Shown: one piece after another, positions 1-9,233 of the stretch | Layout: every line of letters begins with the position of its first letter | How positions within the stretch are numbered: the stretch's first letter is position 1 | Source: Planctomycetota bacterium | GTDB lineage: Bacteria > Planctomycetota > UBA1135 > UBA2386 | DNA length: 64,000 bases | Direction of reading: 5' to 3' | Assembly: GCA_046290465.1 (NCBI GenBank) | Contig: JBKAGP010000001.1 | Location: 2,624,001-2,688,000, forward strand | Notes under the pieces: generated by a model | Database searches by the model: none | What the model saw: the letters and a program-made list of their open reading frames with translations, nothing else | Told to the model about the DNA's origin: nothing | Program-made: the position numbers and the translations under genes

Positions 1-620
1 CCTTCGCCGTCCCCGGCGAACACCCGGTCGAGCTTCTGCGCGTAGTCGTCCTTGTCGGCCGGGATCGTGAACCGCCCCTCGAGGCCGCAGGCGCGCGCGA
101 GTTCGTCGCTCTGCGTCGCCGGCTCGAACCAGCGCAGGCCGTCGACGGCCGCCCGCGCCTGGCTCTGCTCGTGGCAACGCGCGCACTGGCCGGGGCCGGT
201 GCGCAGCGGCAGGCTGCCGCGGATCCGGTCGACGTCGAGCTGGTGGCACTCGCGGCACTCGAGCATGCCGTGCGTGTGGTGGCGGAACGCCGAGCGCGTG
301 CGCGACGCGAAGCCCTCGAGGCGCTTCTCGTTGCCGGCGGCGAACTGCGCGTCGAGCGCGCCGGTGCCGAAGTGGCACGCATCGCAGTGCGCCTGCGGCG
401 ACGAGACCAGGTTGTCCTGGTCGAAGCGGTGGCAGCCGCGGCAGTCGCGGAACACCTCCGGCCCGTTCGACGGGTCGGCCCAGTTGGGCACGACATGGTC
501 GCGGTGGCTGAACGCCGGCGGCCGCTTCGGATCCTGCGGCAGCTCGCCGCCGCCCCACGTGGCGCCGACCAGGGTCAACAGCCAGACGAATGCGACGACG
601 ACGACGGACCGCGAGTGCAT
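1..620 (-). CDS. Exported multiheme cytochrome c (c3/c7-like), 3' end outside window
   Basis: Hand-translated from ATG at 620: MHSRSVVVVAFVWLLTLVGATWG signal, then FSHRDH, CRGCH, CDACH, FRHHTH, CRECH, CARCH; no stop before the window edge; starts 4 nt after the stop of the upstream gene. Absent from the ORF track. Confidence 0.88.
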   Translation of the reverse strand, partial: MHSRSVVVVAFVWLLTLVGATWGGGELPQDPKRPPAFSHRDHVVPNWADPSNGPEVFRDCRGCHRFDQDNLVSSPQAHCDACHFGTGALDAQFAAGNEKRLEGFASRTRSAFRHHTHGMLECRECHQLDVDRIRGSLPLRTGPGQCARCHEQSQARAAVDGLRWFEPATQSDELARACGLEGRFTIPADKDDYAQKLDRVFAGDGE

Positions 621-624
621 GTGC

Positions 625-3096
625 CTACTTGCCCTTCGGCTTGATCTTGACCGGCCCCTTCACGATCGCCTGGCAGGCCAGGCGGCAGTTGGGCTCGTCG
701 AGCTTGCCGCCGAGCTTCTTGTTGGCCTTCTTGATGGTGTTCTTCTCGCGCGAGCTGGCCTCGCTGAGGTTGTTCATGCCCTCGAGAACGGTGACCACGC
801 ACTTGCCGCAGCTGCCGCCGCTGTCGGTCGGCTCGTCCTCGTCCCAGCACTCCCACAGCGTGCCGCAGCTGCCGTCGATGCTGCCCGAGTCGTCGGTGGC
901 GGTGCCGCCTTCCGACATGTAGCTGATCATCGGCAGCTCCTCGTCGCCGTCGCCGGCCGCCGAGATCTCGGTGCCGTCGTCCTGGATGATGACGGGATCG
1001 CCCGAAGGCGCCGCGGCGGGCGCGGCGGCCGGTTCGGGAGCCGGAGCGGGCTCGGGTGCGGCGGCGGGTTCGGGTGCGGGTGCGGGTGCGGGTGCCGGCG
1101 CGGGCGCGGGCTTGGCGGCCGGGGCGGCAGCGGGCGCCGCCGGCGGTGCCGTCGGCATCTTCAGGCCGGCCTGCGTCTGCATGACCGGATCGGAGGCCGG
1201 CGGCGCGGTCTTGATCACCGCCCCCGTGCCGCTCGCCGTCGCCAGCATCTCGCTGCGCAGCTCGACGAACCGGAACCGCTGCTCGCCCATCCAGATCTCG
1301 TCGCCCTCGTTCAGGCGCAGCGAGCCGGCGAGCGCGACGAACGTGCCGTTGCGCGACTCGTCACGAACCCGCACCACGCCACCGCTGTCGGCAACCGCCA
1401 GGTGCGAACGCGACAGCGCGTAGTCACCGGGGTTGAGGTCGTCGCGGCCGATGGTCTGCTCCTCGGCGGTCAACGCGATCTGCTTGACCGGGTTGCCGGC
1501 GCCGTCGATCACCGACAGGCTGGCCTTGCCGTTCGCCGCCTCGACCCGCAGGCGCTGCTGGCCGGCCACGATGATCGAGCCGACCGGCAGCGTGCGCTCG
1601 GAGTTGACGCGCACGTAGCACTCGCCGCCGAAGTTCTGGTTGGTGACGTAGCACTCGTCGACGTCGATCTTGAACGCCGCGTGCTGGTCGCGCAGCAGCG
1701 AGTCGCTGCCGAGCACGACCTTGCCCGAGGTGCGTCCGACGACGTTCTCACCGACCAGGAAGAAGTGCTCCGTCTTGGCGCCGTGCTCGCCGGGCGCGAT
1801 GTGCACGAACGCTGCCCCGAAGCGCTGCTCGGGCGCGGCGACCGGCTGCGGCGGCGGCGGCGCCGGCGTGTGCCGCTGCTCCGGCGGCAACGTGATGCTC
1901 TGCGAGGCGCGCGCCGCGGCGATCGCCGCGTCGTCACCACCGTCGATGCGCGCCTTGATCGTCTCGACGACGTTGACGCCCTCGATCATGCCGATCTTGA
2001 AGCAGGTCGAGTACTCCTTGAGGTTCGACTGCAGCGCGTCGGGACGGAAGTCGTCGGTCTCCAGGTAGGCCGGGTGCAGCAGGCCGCCGCACATCCAGAT
2101 GTTCTTCTGCTGCGACTCGTTGAGCCGCGTGATCGCCAGGCGCTTCTTCTTCGGCGCGTCGGCGAGCTCGAACTCCTCGACGCCCATCGAGTGCAGCAGC
2201 TCGGTCGGCCGCTCCGAGCCGATGAACGCCAGCACCTGCTTCTTCTCGAACTCGTAGCACTGCAGCTCCGGCGGCTGGTGCTCCTGCACGACGCGGCGCG
2301 TCTTGACCGCGACCAGGTCGTTGCCCTTGTCGTCCTTGAACACCGCCAGCGGCTCGCTGAGCGGCAGGTAGCGGATGTTGCCGCCGGTCCAGGCCTCGTA
2401 GAACTTGCCGGCCAGCGCCTTGCCCTTGGCGACCTTCGGCATGCCGCGACCGCGGTAGCACCAGAAGATGTCGCTGTCGTCCTTCGCCTTGTGCTTGGCG
2501 ATCGCGATCGCGACCACCGCCTCGGCCGCCGACATGCCGCCCCCGACCACGCAGGCCGGGCCGCCGACGTAGTCGTTGGCGTCGCCGAGCTTGTAGCGGA
2601 TGCCGAGGCCGTCGCCCATCAGTCGCACCTTGGCGGGCTGGCCGCTACCGAGCGCCAGCACCATGTTCTTGCAGTAGACCTTGGCCTTGTCCTGCGAATC
2701 GAGCTCCATCAGCTCGGCGCAGATCAGGCCGTTCGGCAGCCGCTCGGCGCCGCCGAGCTCGACGCCGTTCTTGTACGGCACCTGGTTGTCGTCGTAGACC
2801 TTGAGCCAGCGCTCATAGAGCTGGTCGGCCGGCGTCTGGTCCTCGAACACCAGCTGCGAGATCAGCTCGCCGCCCTTGGGGAAGATCAGGTCGACCAGGT
2901 CGCCGTAGTCGGCGTCGACGTTCTTCGGCTCGGGTTGGTGCTCGCCCCACTCCTTGATGATGCTGAGCACGCAGTCGCGGTCGACGACCATGACCTTGAG
3001 GCCGAGTTCGTGCGCGCGCCACGCGGCGGCGGTGCCGGTCGGGCCACCGCCGACTACCAGGACGTCGAGGGGAGTATCGGGGCTGTCACCAGTCAT
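625..3096 (-). CDS. FAD/NAD(P)H oxidoreductase (TrxB/YpdA-like) fused to two FHA domains, a Pro/Ala linker and a C-terminal [2Fe-2S] ferredoxin
   Basis: DVLVVGGGPTG (FAD), VVGGGMSAAEA and YRGR (NADPH-type); FHA signatures VVGR..H and TIGR..SRSH..SRNGTFV; APAPEP linker; SCGKC...RLACQ. Confidence 0.85.
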   Translation of the reverse strand: MTGDSPDTPLDVLVVGGGPTGTAAAWRAHELGLKVMVVDRDCVLSIIKEWGEHQPEPKNVDADYGDLVDLIFPKGGELISQLVFEDQTPADQLYERWLKVYDDNQVPYKNGVELGGAERLPNGLICAELMELDSQDKAKVYCKNMVLALGSGQPAKVRLMGDGLGIRYKLGDANDYVGGPACVVGGGMSAAEAVVAIAIAKHKAKDDSDIFWCYRGRGMPKVAKGKALAGKFYEAWTGGNIRYLPLSEPLAVFKDDKGNDLVAVKTRRVVQEHQPPELQCYEFEKKQVLAFIGSERPTELLHSMGVEEFELADAPKKKRLAITRLNESQQKNIWMCGGLLHPAYLETDDFRPDALQSNLKEYSTCFKIGMIEGVNVVETIKARIDGGDDAAIAAARASQSITLPPEQRHTPAPPPPQPVAAPEQRFGAAFVHIAPGEHGAKTEHFFLVGENVVGRTSGKVVLGSDSLLRDQHAAFKIDVDECYVTNQNFGGECYVRVNSERTLPVGSIIVAGQQRLRVEAANGKASLSVIDGAGNPVKQIALTAEEQTIGRDDLNPGDYALSRSHLAVADSGGVVRVRDESRNGTFVALAGSLRLNEGDEIWMGEQRFRFVELRSEMLATASGTGAVIKTAPPASDPVMQTQAGLKMPTAPPAAPAAAPAAKPAPAPAPAPAPAPEPAAAPEPAPAPEPAAAPAAAPSGDPVIIQDDGTEISAAGDGDEELPMISYMSEGGTATDDSGSIDGSCGTLWECWDEDEPTDSGGSCGKCVVTVLEGMNNLSEASSREKNTIKKANKKLGGKLDEPNCRLACQAIVKGPVKIKPKGK

Positions 3097-3159
3097 GAGC
3101 GAACGGAGCGGGCTTGGGGCGGCCCGCGCGGACGGGCCTTATCGGCATCTGCCGGCGCG

Positions 3160-6100
3160 TTACTTCTTCAGCGATTCGACCGCGGGTGCCTGCCAGCCGG
3201 CCGGCACCTCGTCGGAGACCGTGTAGAGCTTGCCGTCGCGCATGTAGAAGCGACGCTGCTCCTCGAGGGTGAACGGGCGGCCGCCGATGCGACCGAACAC
3301 CGACACCTGGTTGCCCGACTCGTCGGCGGCGCGGTCGCGCTCGAGGCCGCGCGCGATCGCGCGCGCGCCCTTGGCCGGGTAGTTGGCGATCCAGGTCGGA
3401 CGCGGCGACGGCGAGAAGCCGTAGGCGCTGCGGCCGCCGTCCATCGGCGTGACGACCTGCAGCACGTGCAGGCCGGTCTGGCCGTCGGCGACCATCGCGT
3501 AGACGCTGTCGTTGACCATGCCGATGCGGACCATGTTGACGTCCTGCAGGCGGCCGTCGGCCGTGAACGGCGCCAGCGACTGCCGGGTCTGCGGGTCGAC
3601 CACCGCCTTCATGCTGGTCGGCACCGTGACGTCGACGAACACGACTCCGTCCTGGCCACCGGCGACGTAGGCGTATTCGCGCGCCACGTAGACGTTCCTG
3701 GCGTCGGCGATCGGGAACGTGTTGCCCGCCTGCACCGCCTTGGCCGGGAACGTCACGTCGACCGCCTTCAGGCCGTCGGCGTCGGTGACGAACGCGTAGC
3801 GGAACTGCACCGCGACCGACGTCGGCTTGTTCATCGGCACGGTCGTCAGCAGCTTCGGCGCCAGCGGGTCGTCGATGTCGACCACGGCCAGCCCCTTGTC
3901 GCAGCACACGTAGATCGTCGTGCCGGCGACCGTGAGGTTCTCGGCGCCGTCGAGCGCGCCGCCCGGGTTGAAGGTCGCGACCCGCCTGGTGAAGTTGTTG
4001 TCCGGATCGCCGTCGGTCAGGCAGTCGATGTCGACGACCACCAGACCCTCGAAGCGATCGCTGACGTAGGCGTAGCGATACGACTCGTGCAGGTTCTGGG
4101 TCTTGCCGCGGTATTCGTACGGCTGCTCCTGGTTCTCCGGGATCCACGGACGATCCATGCTGATCGACATGTTGGTCGGCAGCGCGACCGCCGTGGCGAA
4201 CTTCGTCTCGACGTGCGTGTCCTGGCCCAGCGGCGAGACCGGCGCGGTCACGATGCGCTCGCTGAAGTTCTTGTTGGCGACGTTGGCGACGTCGTAGACG
4301 CGGAAGCCGCCCTTGCCGGTCGCGGTGTAGACGTATTCTCCGCGCTGCTCGATCGACAGGATGTTGCCGCCGTGGTGGTGCGACTCGGCGAGTTCGCCGT
4401 CGCGCGCCTGGTGCTCGGCGTGCTCCTCGGGGAACGCGAGCCGGTGCAGGTTGGAGCCGATCATCGCCTGCGGTTCGGGCCACTCGGTGACCTTGACCGC
4501 CTCGAGACCGCCCTTGCCGGCGCCGACGTAGGCATACATGCCGAAGAAGTTCACGTAGCCGGTGCCCTGCAGGTAGGTCTGCGCGAGCCAGGCGTTGTTG
4601 TCGTTCTTGTCGCTGAGGTGGCAGTCCGAGCACTTGCGCGTCTCGGTCTTGCGCACCGTGTGGGCGAAGTGCGTGTTGAAGCACTGGCCGTTCATGCCGT
4701 TGGCGGCGACGGTCAGCTGCTGCTTGTAGGCGATGCCGCGGGTCGCGTCGGTCGACGACACCATCACGGCCGACGACGAACGCACGACCGCGTACTTGGG
4801 CGTCTCGTCGTCCTCCCACTTCACGTTCGGCATCACGCCGAGCATGAACACGTCGTCACGCGCCACCTGCGGGTTGTAGCTGGCCCAGTTGCGCAGCTTC
4901 TTCTTCTCGAAGTGGTGCATGTCGGTGCGCCAGTTGGCCTCCTGCGGCAGGTGGCAACCGAAGCACGAAGTCATCCAAGACGTGTGGCACGCGGCGCAGT
5001 CCATCTGCTCCGCCGTGTGCGCGCACGAACCGTCGGCCTTGGTCTGCAGCTTGGCGTAGGCGGCCTTCTCGTTGAACTGCGCATGGCCCGGCGTGACCGA
5101 GTCCTTGACCTGCGAGATCTCCCACTCGAGGCCCGGGTGCAGCATCGAGCGCTGCACGAACTTCTCCTGGCCGTCGCGCTCGACGATGTCGAAGCGATCC
5201 TCGCCCCACGGCGTCTTCTTGCTGCCGAAGCGCTGCTTCTTGCTCGGGTTGGTCGGGTCCGGCTTGGCCGCCGGGCCGCTGAAGCGGAACTGGCTGTACT
5301 GATCGACCGTGCCGTGGCAGTCCTGGCAGACGATCTGCAGCGCCGCCTGGTACTCCGAGTAGAGGTGCGTGTCGCCGTGCACGTCCTGCGCGAAGTGGCA
5401 GTCGACGCAGTGCATGCCGACCTCCGCGTGCACGTCCTTGAGGTGCACCGGCTTGCCGGGCTGCGGCCGGAAGCAGCCGGCCTCGATGTTGTTCGGGTCG
5501 TAGATCTCCTTGGCGGTCGGCGCCGAGCCGAGCTTCGGGATCACGCCCGCGAACTTGTTCGGGTCGTCGTAGTCGACGACGTTGCCGTCCTTGTCGATCA
5601 GGTTGCCCTTGCGGTCGGTCTTGAACACCCCGCGGAAGATCCAGCCGTGGCCGTGGTAGTCGGCGAACTGGGTGTGCTCGAGGTCCTTGTTGACGTTCTC
5701 GGCGACGCCGTCGAGAAACGTTCGGTCCCCCCACTTGCCGCGCTGCGCCGCCCCCTCGGGGTTGCGGTCGAGGATGTCGAACTGCTCCTTGATCGACTTG
5801 TCCGGCTGCTCCGCGGCGAACATCTTGTCGCCGTCGGTCTCGTACGACCACATCTGGTAGCCGTAGTAGGTGTTGAGGAACGAGTTCGGCTGGTGCATGT
5901 GGCACACCATGCAGTTGGACGACGGCACCGCGCGGGTGAAGCGGTGCGCGATCGGGTGGCCCTGCTCGCCCTGCGGGATCGACGGGTCGACCGGCAGCGT
6001 CTCGTACTGCGGCGCGTCCGGCTTGCCGCCGCCCTTGTAGTTGGGGAACGCGCCGGCGTTGCCGTGGCCGAGGTTGCCGAACTGCGCGAACGGACCGCTG

Positions 6101-7215
6101 TGCACCGGGTCGCGGTCGTTGGCGTAGACCATGTGGCACGCGGTGCAGCCCGAACTGCGGAAGTCGCCGGGCTGGTCGTTGGTGCCGAACATCGACAGGT
6201 GCGGGTCGTTCAGCCGCGTCTTGTGCACGTTCAGCGTCGGCAGGTCGACGCGGTTGAGGGTGCCGAAGCCGCGATCGGACGAACGGTTGTTGGGACGGCC
6301 CGGGTCCTCGAACTTGTCGGGCAGGCCCGGGATCGGCGTGTTCAGGCCGTTGAGGCCGAGCGCGACCGTGCCGAGGCGGCTGCCCTTCTCGAAGATGCGG
6401 AAGATGTTGGACGGCTGGGTGACCTCCCAGTGCGGCAGCGGCACCGCGACGGCGGACCAGCCGTTCTCCCGCATCTCCTCCGGGGTCGGCGCGCGACCGG
6501 GCTCACCGTGCTTGTAGACGCCGCCGTCCATGCTGACGAGGTGGTTGACCACCTGCGGCTTGCCGTCCGGGCCATAGCTCTCGCCGAGGATCGAACGCTT
6601 GGTGCTGACGATGCCGTTGGCGTAGGTGACCGTGCCCCAGAAGTGCTGCGAGGTCGCCATCAGCGACTTCATCACCTGCAGCGTCTCGTCGGCGTGGCAC
6701 GGGCCGCAGGTCTTGTTGGCCACCCGCAGGTCGCCCGGGTTGACGAACTGCACCCACGACTTGCTCTCCTCCAGGGTGAGCATGTAGGGCCGCTCCGGGT
6801 TGCCCGACGTCGCCCACTCCTTGGGGAAGTTGGGCTTCGGGTGCGCGTCGAGCTTGGCGCTCTTGCTCGGGTCGCCGCCGTGGCAGTGCACGCAGGTCGC
6901 CTTGCGGCCGCCCGGGTGCGGGTCCCCGCAGTTGGTGTGGCACTCGACGCAGCTGCCGTCCGACGCGAAGAAGCGGTTGCCGCTGGCGTCGGTCTGGGCC
7001 TCGTCACCGACTTCGGCGTAGATGGCGTCCTTGGCGGACGGATCCGGCCACTGGTAGGCCTCCCAGGTGCTTTTCGGCGCCTTGCAGCTGAACAGCTGGA
7101 AGGCCGCCAGTGCCACCAGCCCGAAGCCGGCGACCTGCCACCCCTTCCGGCCGTTCGGGCCGCGGGCGTGACTCTGGGATGACGTAGGGTGACAGGGCTG
7201 GTTGTGGTCGGCCAT
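3160..7215 (-). CDS. Multiheme c-type cytochrome lipoprotein (10 CxxCH) with C-terminal LVIVD-repeat region
   Basis: CVECH, CVHCH, CGPCH, CTACH, CMVCH, CVDCH, CQDCH, CAACH, CFGCH, CSDCH; lipobox-like LFSC; repeats such as AYVSDRFEGLVVVDID and IYVCCDKGLAVVDIDDP. Confidence 0.88.
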   Translation of the reverse strand: MADHNQPCHPTSSQSHARGPNGRKGWQVAGFGLVALAAFQLFSCKAPKSTWEAYQWPDPSAKDAIYAEVGDEAQTDASGNRFFASDGSCVECHTNCGDPHPGGRKATCVHCHGGDPSKSAKLDAHPKPNFPKEWATSGNPERPYMLTLEESKSWVQFVNPGDLRVANKTCGPCHADETLQVMKSLMATSQHFWGTVTYANGIVSTKRSILGESYGPDGKPQVVNHLVSMDGGVYKHGEPGRAPTPEEMRENGWSAVAVPLPHWEVTQPSNIFRIFEKGSRLGTVALGLNGLNTPIPGLPDKFEDPGRPNNRSSDRGFGTLNRVDLPTLNVHKTRLNDPHLSMFGTNDQPGDFRSSGCTACHMVYANDRDPVHSGPFAQFGNLGHGNAGAFPNYKGGGKPDAPQYETLPVDPSIPQGEQGHPIAHRFTRAVPSSNCMVCHMHQPNSFLNTYYGYQMWSYETDGDKMFAAEQPDKSIKEQFDILDRNPEGAAQRGKWGDRTFLDGVAENVNKDLEHTQFADYHGHGWIFRGVFKTDRKGNLIDKDGNVVDYDDPNKFAGVIPKLGSAPTAKEIYDPNNIEAGCFRPQPGKPVHLKDVHAEVGMHCVDCHFAQDVHGDTHLYSEYQAALQIVCQDCHGTVDQYSQFRFSGPAAKPDPTNPSKKQRFGSKKTPWGEDRFDIVERDGQEKFVQRSMLHPGLEWEISQVKDSVTPGHAQFNEKAAYAKLQTKADGSCAHTAEQMDCAACHTSWMTSCFGCHLPQEANWRTDMHHFEKKKLRNWASYNPQVARDDVFMLGVMPNVKWEDDETPKYAVVRSSSAVMVSSTDATRGIAYKQQLTVAANGMNGQCFNTHFAHTVRKTETRKCSDCHLSDKNDNNAWLAQTYLQGTGYVNFFGMYAYVGAGKGGLEAVKVTEWPEPQAMIGSNLHRLAFPEEHAEHQARDGELAESHHHGGNILSIEQRGEYVYTATGKGGFRVYDVANVANKNFSERIVTAPVSPLGQDTHVETKFATAVALPTNMSISMDRPWIPENQEQPYEYRGKTQNLHESYRYAYVSDRFEGLVVVDIDCLTDGDPDNNFTRRVATFNPGGALDGAENLTVAGTTIYVCCDKGLAVVDIDDPLAPKLLTTVPMNKPTSVAVQFRYAFVTDADGLKAVDVTFPAKAVQAGNTFPIADARNVYVAREYAYVAGGQDGVVFVDVTVPTSMKAVVDPQTRQSLAPFTADGRLQDVNMVRIGMVNDSVYAMVADGQTGLHVLQVVTPMDGGRSAYGFSPSPRPTWIANYPAKGARAIARGLERDRAADESGNQVSVFGRIGGRPFTLEEQRRFYMRDGKLYTVSDEVPAGWQAPAVESLKK

Positions 7216-7294
7216 GGGCTGCGGGGGTCAACTCCTATCCGGCGGCGATGCTAGCCGCCTTGCCATCGCGCGCACCGGGTTTTTTCGGCTGCAC

Positions 7295-7321
7295 TGTCGA
7301 TGCCGGGCGGTTTCGATCGTC
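7295..7321 (+). promoter_or_regulatory. Candidate ECF42-type promoter TGTCGA-N17-CGTC
   Basis: tgtcga 7295-7300 and cgtc 7318-7321, ~70 nt upstream of the DGPF gene; matches the ECF42 promoter consensus as I recall it. Confidence 0.65.
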
Positions 7322-7389
7322 GCTGTGTCGAACCCAGCCGGACCGGCCGCAACTCCGCAGCCATCCCGGCGCAACCCCCTGGAGAACCG

Positions 7390-7743
7390 ATGCCCAAGTT
7401 CATGCTGATCCTGCGCGGCGACGTCACCGCCGACTACTCCAAGTACACCCCCGAGGACTTCGCCCAGATCCTCGCCGAGTACCAGGCCTGGGGCGAACGC
7501 ATGGGCGACCGCATCAGCCTGAGCGAGAAGCTGACCGACCAGGGCGGCAAGGTGATCGCCACCAACGGCGACGCCAAGGACGGCCCGTACGTCGAGTCGA
7601 AGGAGGTCGTCGGCGGCGTCTACGTGCTCGAGGCCGACGACTACGATCACGCCGTAAAGCTGTGCGAAGGCCACCCGAACTTCCGCTTCGGCAGCATCGA
7701 GGTCCGCCAGGTCGACCTGATGGACGGCGGCGCCCCTTCCTGA
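7390..7743 (+). CDS. YciI/DGPF-domain protein
   Basis: GGAG RBS before ATG 7390; MPKFMLIL, DGPYVESKEVVGG, GSIEVR. Confidence 0.9.
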   Translation: MPKFMLILRGDVTADYSKYTPEDFAQILAEYQAWGERMGDRISLSEKLTDQGGKVIATNGDAKDGPYVESKEVVGGVYVLEADDYDHAVKLCEGHPNFRFGSIEVRQVDLMDGGAPS

Positions 7744-7746
7744 GCC

Positions 7747-9036
7747 GTGCCGCATCGCGACCTCCCGCCGGAACTGGTCGACGACCTGTTCCGCCACCGG
7801 TACGCGCGCATGGTCTCGAGCCTGTGCGGCGTGCTGGGCCCGGCACGCCTCGACCTGGTCGAGGACGTCGTGCAGGAGGCGATGATGCGCGCGCTGCGCG
7901 TCTGGCCGGCCGAAGGCGTGCCCGACAAGCCCGAGGCGTGGCTGTTCCGGGTCGCGCGCAACCTCGCGCTCGACTCGCTGCGCCGGCAGAAGATCGCCGA
8001 CCGCGTCGGCGACGAACTGCAGCGCTGGGCCGCGGCCGAACAGGCACACGGCACCGCCGACCTCGATCCCGAGCCCGGCGAGATCGACGACGACACGCTG
8101 CGCATGCTGTTCTTGTGCGCGCACCCGGCCGTGCCGGTCGACGCGCGCGTGCCGCTGATCCTCAAGTCCGTCTGCGGCCTCGGCGTGCCGGCGATCGCGC
8201 GCGCCCTGCTCAAGAAGGACGCGACCATCGCGCAGCGGCTGGTGCGCGCCAAGGCGAAGCTGCAGGCCTCTGACGCGGCGTTCGTGATGCCGGCGGCGGA
8301 CGAACTGCCCGAGCGCACCCAGGTCGTGCTGCAGGTTCTCTACCTCATGTTCAACGAGGGCTACCGGGCGCACGCCGGCGAGCAACTGACGCGTTCGGAC
8401 CTGGTCGACGAAGCGGTGCGGCTGTGCGCGCTGCTGCTCGAACGACCTGATACCGAGTGCCCGCAGGCGCACGCACTGCTGGCGCTGATGCTGATGCTCG
8501 GCGCCCGCATGCCGGCGCGCACCGATCCGCGCGGCGACCTGGTGACGCTGGCGCAGCAGGACCGCAGCCGCTGGAACCGCCACTGGCTCAGCTGCGGGTT
8601 CCACCACTTCCGGCTCTCGATCGGCGGCGAGCGGCTGACCCCCTGGCACTGCGAGGCGGCGATCGCGTCGACGCACGCGATCGCGGCGACCTACGCCGAC
8701 ACCGACTGGCAGCGCATCCTGGCCGAGTACGACCGCCTGCTGACGATCGCGCCATCGCCGGTCGTGCGCCTCAACCGCGCGGTCGCGGTCGGCAAGGTCC
8801 ACGGCGCGCAGGCGGGCCTGCAGGAACTCGCCGGCCTCGAGCACGACAAGGCGCTCGACGACTACTTCCTGCTCGGCGCGGTGACCGCGCAGCTGCACTG
8901 GGAGCGCGGCGACCACGCGCGCGCGGCCGCGGCGCTGGAGCGCGCGCTGGAGCAGCCATGTTCGGAGCCGGAGCGGCGGTTGCTGGAGCGACGACTCGAG
9001 GCGTGTCGCAACGGAGACGCGCCGGAGGCGTGGTAG
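7747..9036 (+). CDS. ECF sigma-70 factor with C-terminal TPR-like extension (ECF42-type)
   Basis: EDVVQEA..WP, AWLFRVARN..D, QRLVRAK, YLMFNEGY, LAQQDRSRW, SPVVRLNRAVA; coupled to DGPF gene. Confidence 0.9.
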   Translation: MPHRDLPPELVDDLFRHRYARMVSSLCGVLGPARLDLVEDVVQEAMMRALRVWPAEGVPDKPEAWLFRVARNLALDSLRRQKIADRVGDELQRWAAAEQAHGTADLDPEPGEIDDDTLRMLFLCAHPAVPVDARVPLILKSVCGLGVPAIARALLKKDATIAQRLVRAKAKLQASDAAFVMPAADELPERTQVVLQVLYLMFNEGYRAHAGEQLTRSDLVDEAVRLCALLLERPDTECPQAHALLALMLMLGARMPARTDPRGDLVTLAQQDRSRWNRHWLSCGFHHFRLSIGGERLTPWHCEAAIASTHAIAATYADTDWQRILAEYDRLLTIAPSPVVRLNRAVAVGKVHGAQAGLQELAGLEHDKALDDYFLLGAVTAQLHWERGDHARAAAALERALEQPCSEPERRLLERRLEACRNGDAPEAW

Positions 9037-9089
9037 GCGGTGATCTCGCGAATCGCCGAGCAGTGTGCTGCCCCCACTCGTCCTGCAGA

Positions 9090-9169
9090 CAGTTGTCGTA
9101 CGGTACGCGGTTCATCCTCCAACTTTCGCGAGCGCTCGCGAGGATGAACCGCGTACCGTACGACAACTG
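9090..9169. repeat. REPIN/MITE-like palindromic element, copy 1
   Basis: Perfect 30-bp inverted repeat, 9090-9119 vs 9140-9169; shares core ggttcatcctccaactt with copies 2 and 3. Confidence 0.85.
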
Positions 9170-9233
9170 CCGTTCCTGGCCGAGAACTTCGCCGAAGCGG
9201 GAACTCCGCGGCGACCGCGCCGTCGCACGCCCG

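Noticed and set aside
1010..1150. gcgggt-type repeats as a separate element
   Set aside because: They encode the Pro/Ala linker of the reductase-ferredoxin fusion.
52..7182. 2376-aa plus-strand ORF
   Set aside because: Antisense shadow of motif-rich minus-strand genes, two of which share a frame; high-GC codon usage rarely creates antisense stops; no recognisable domain.
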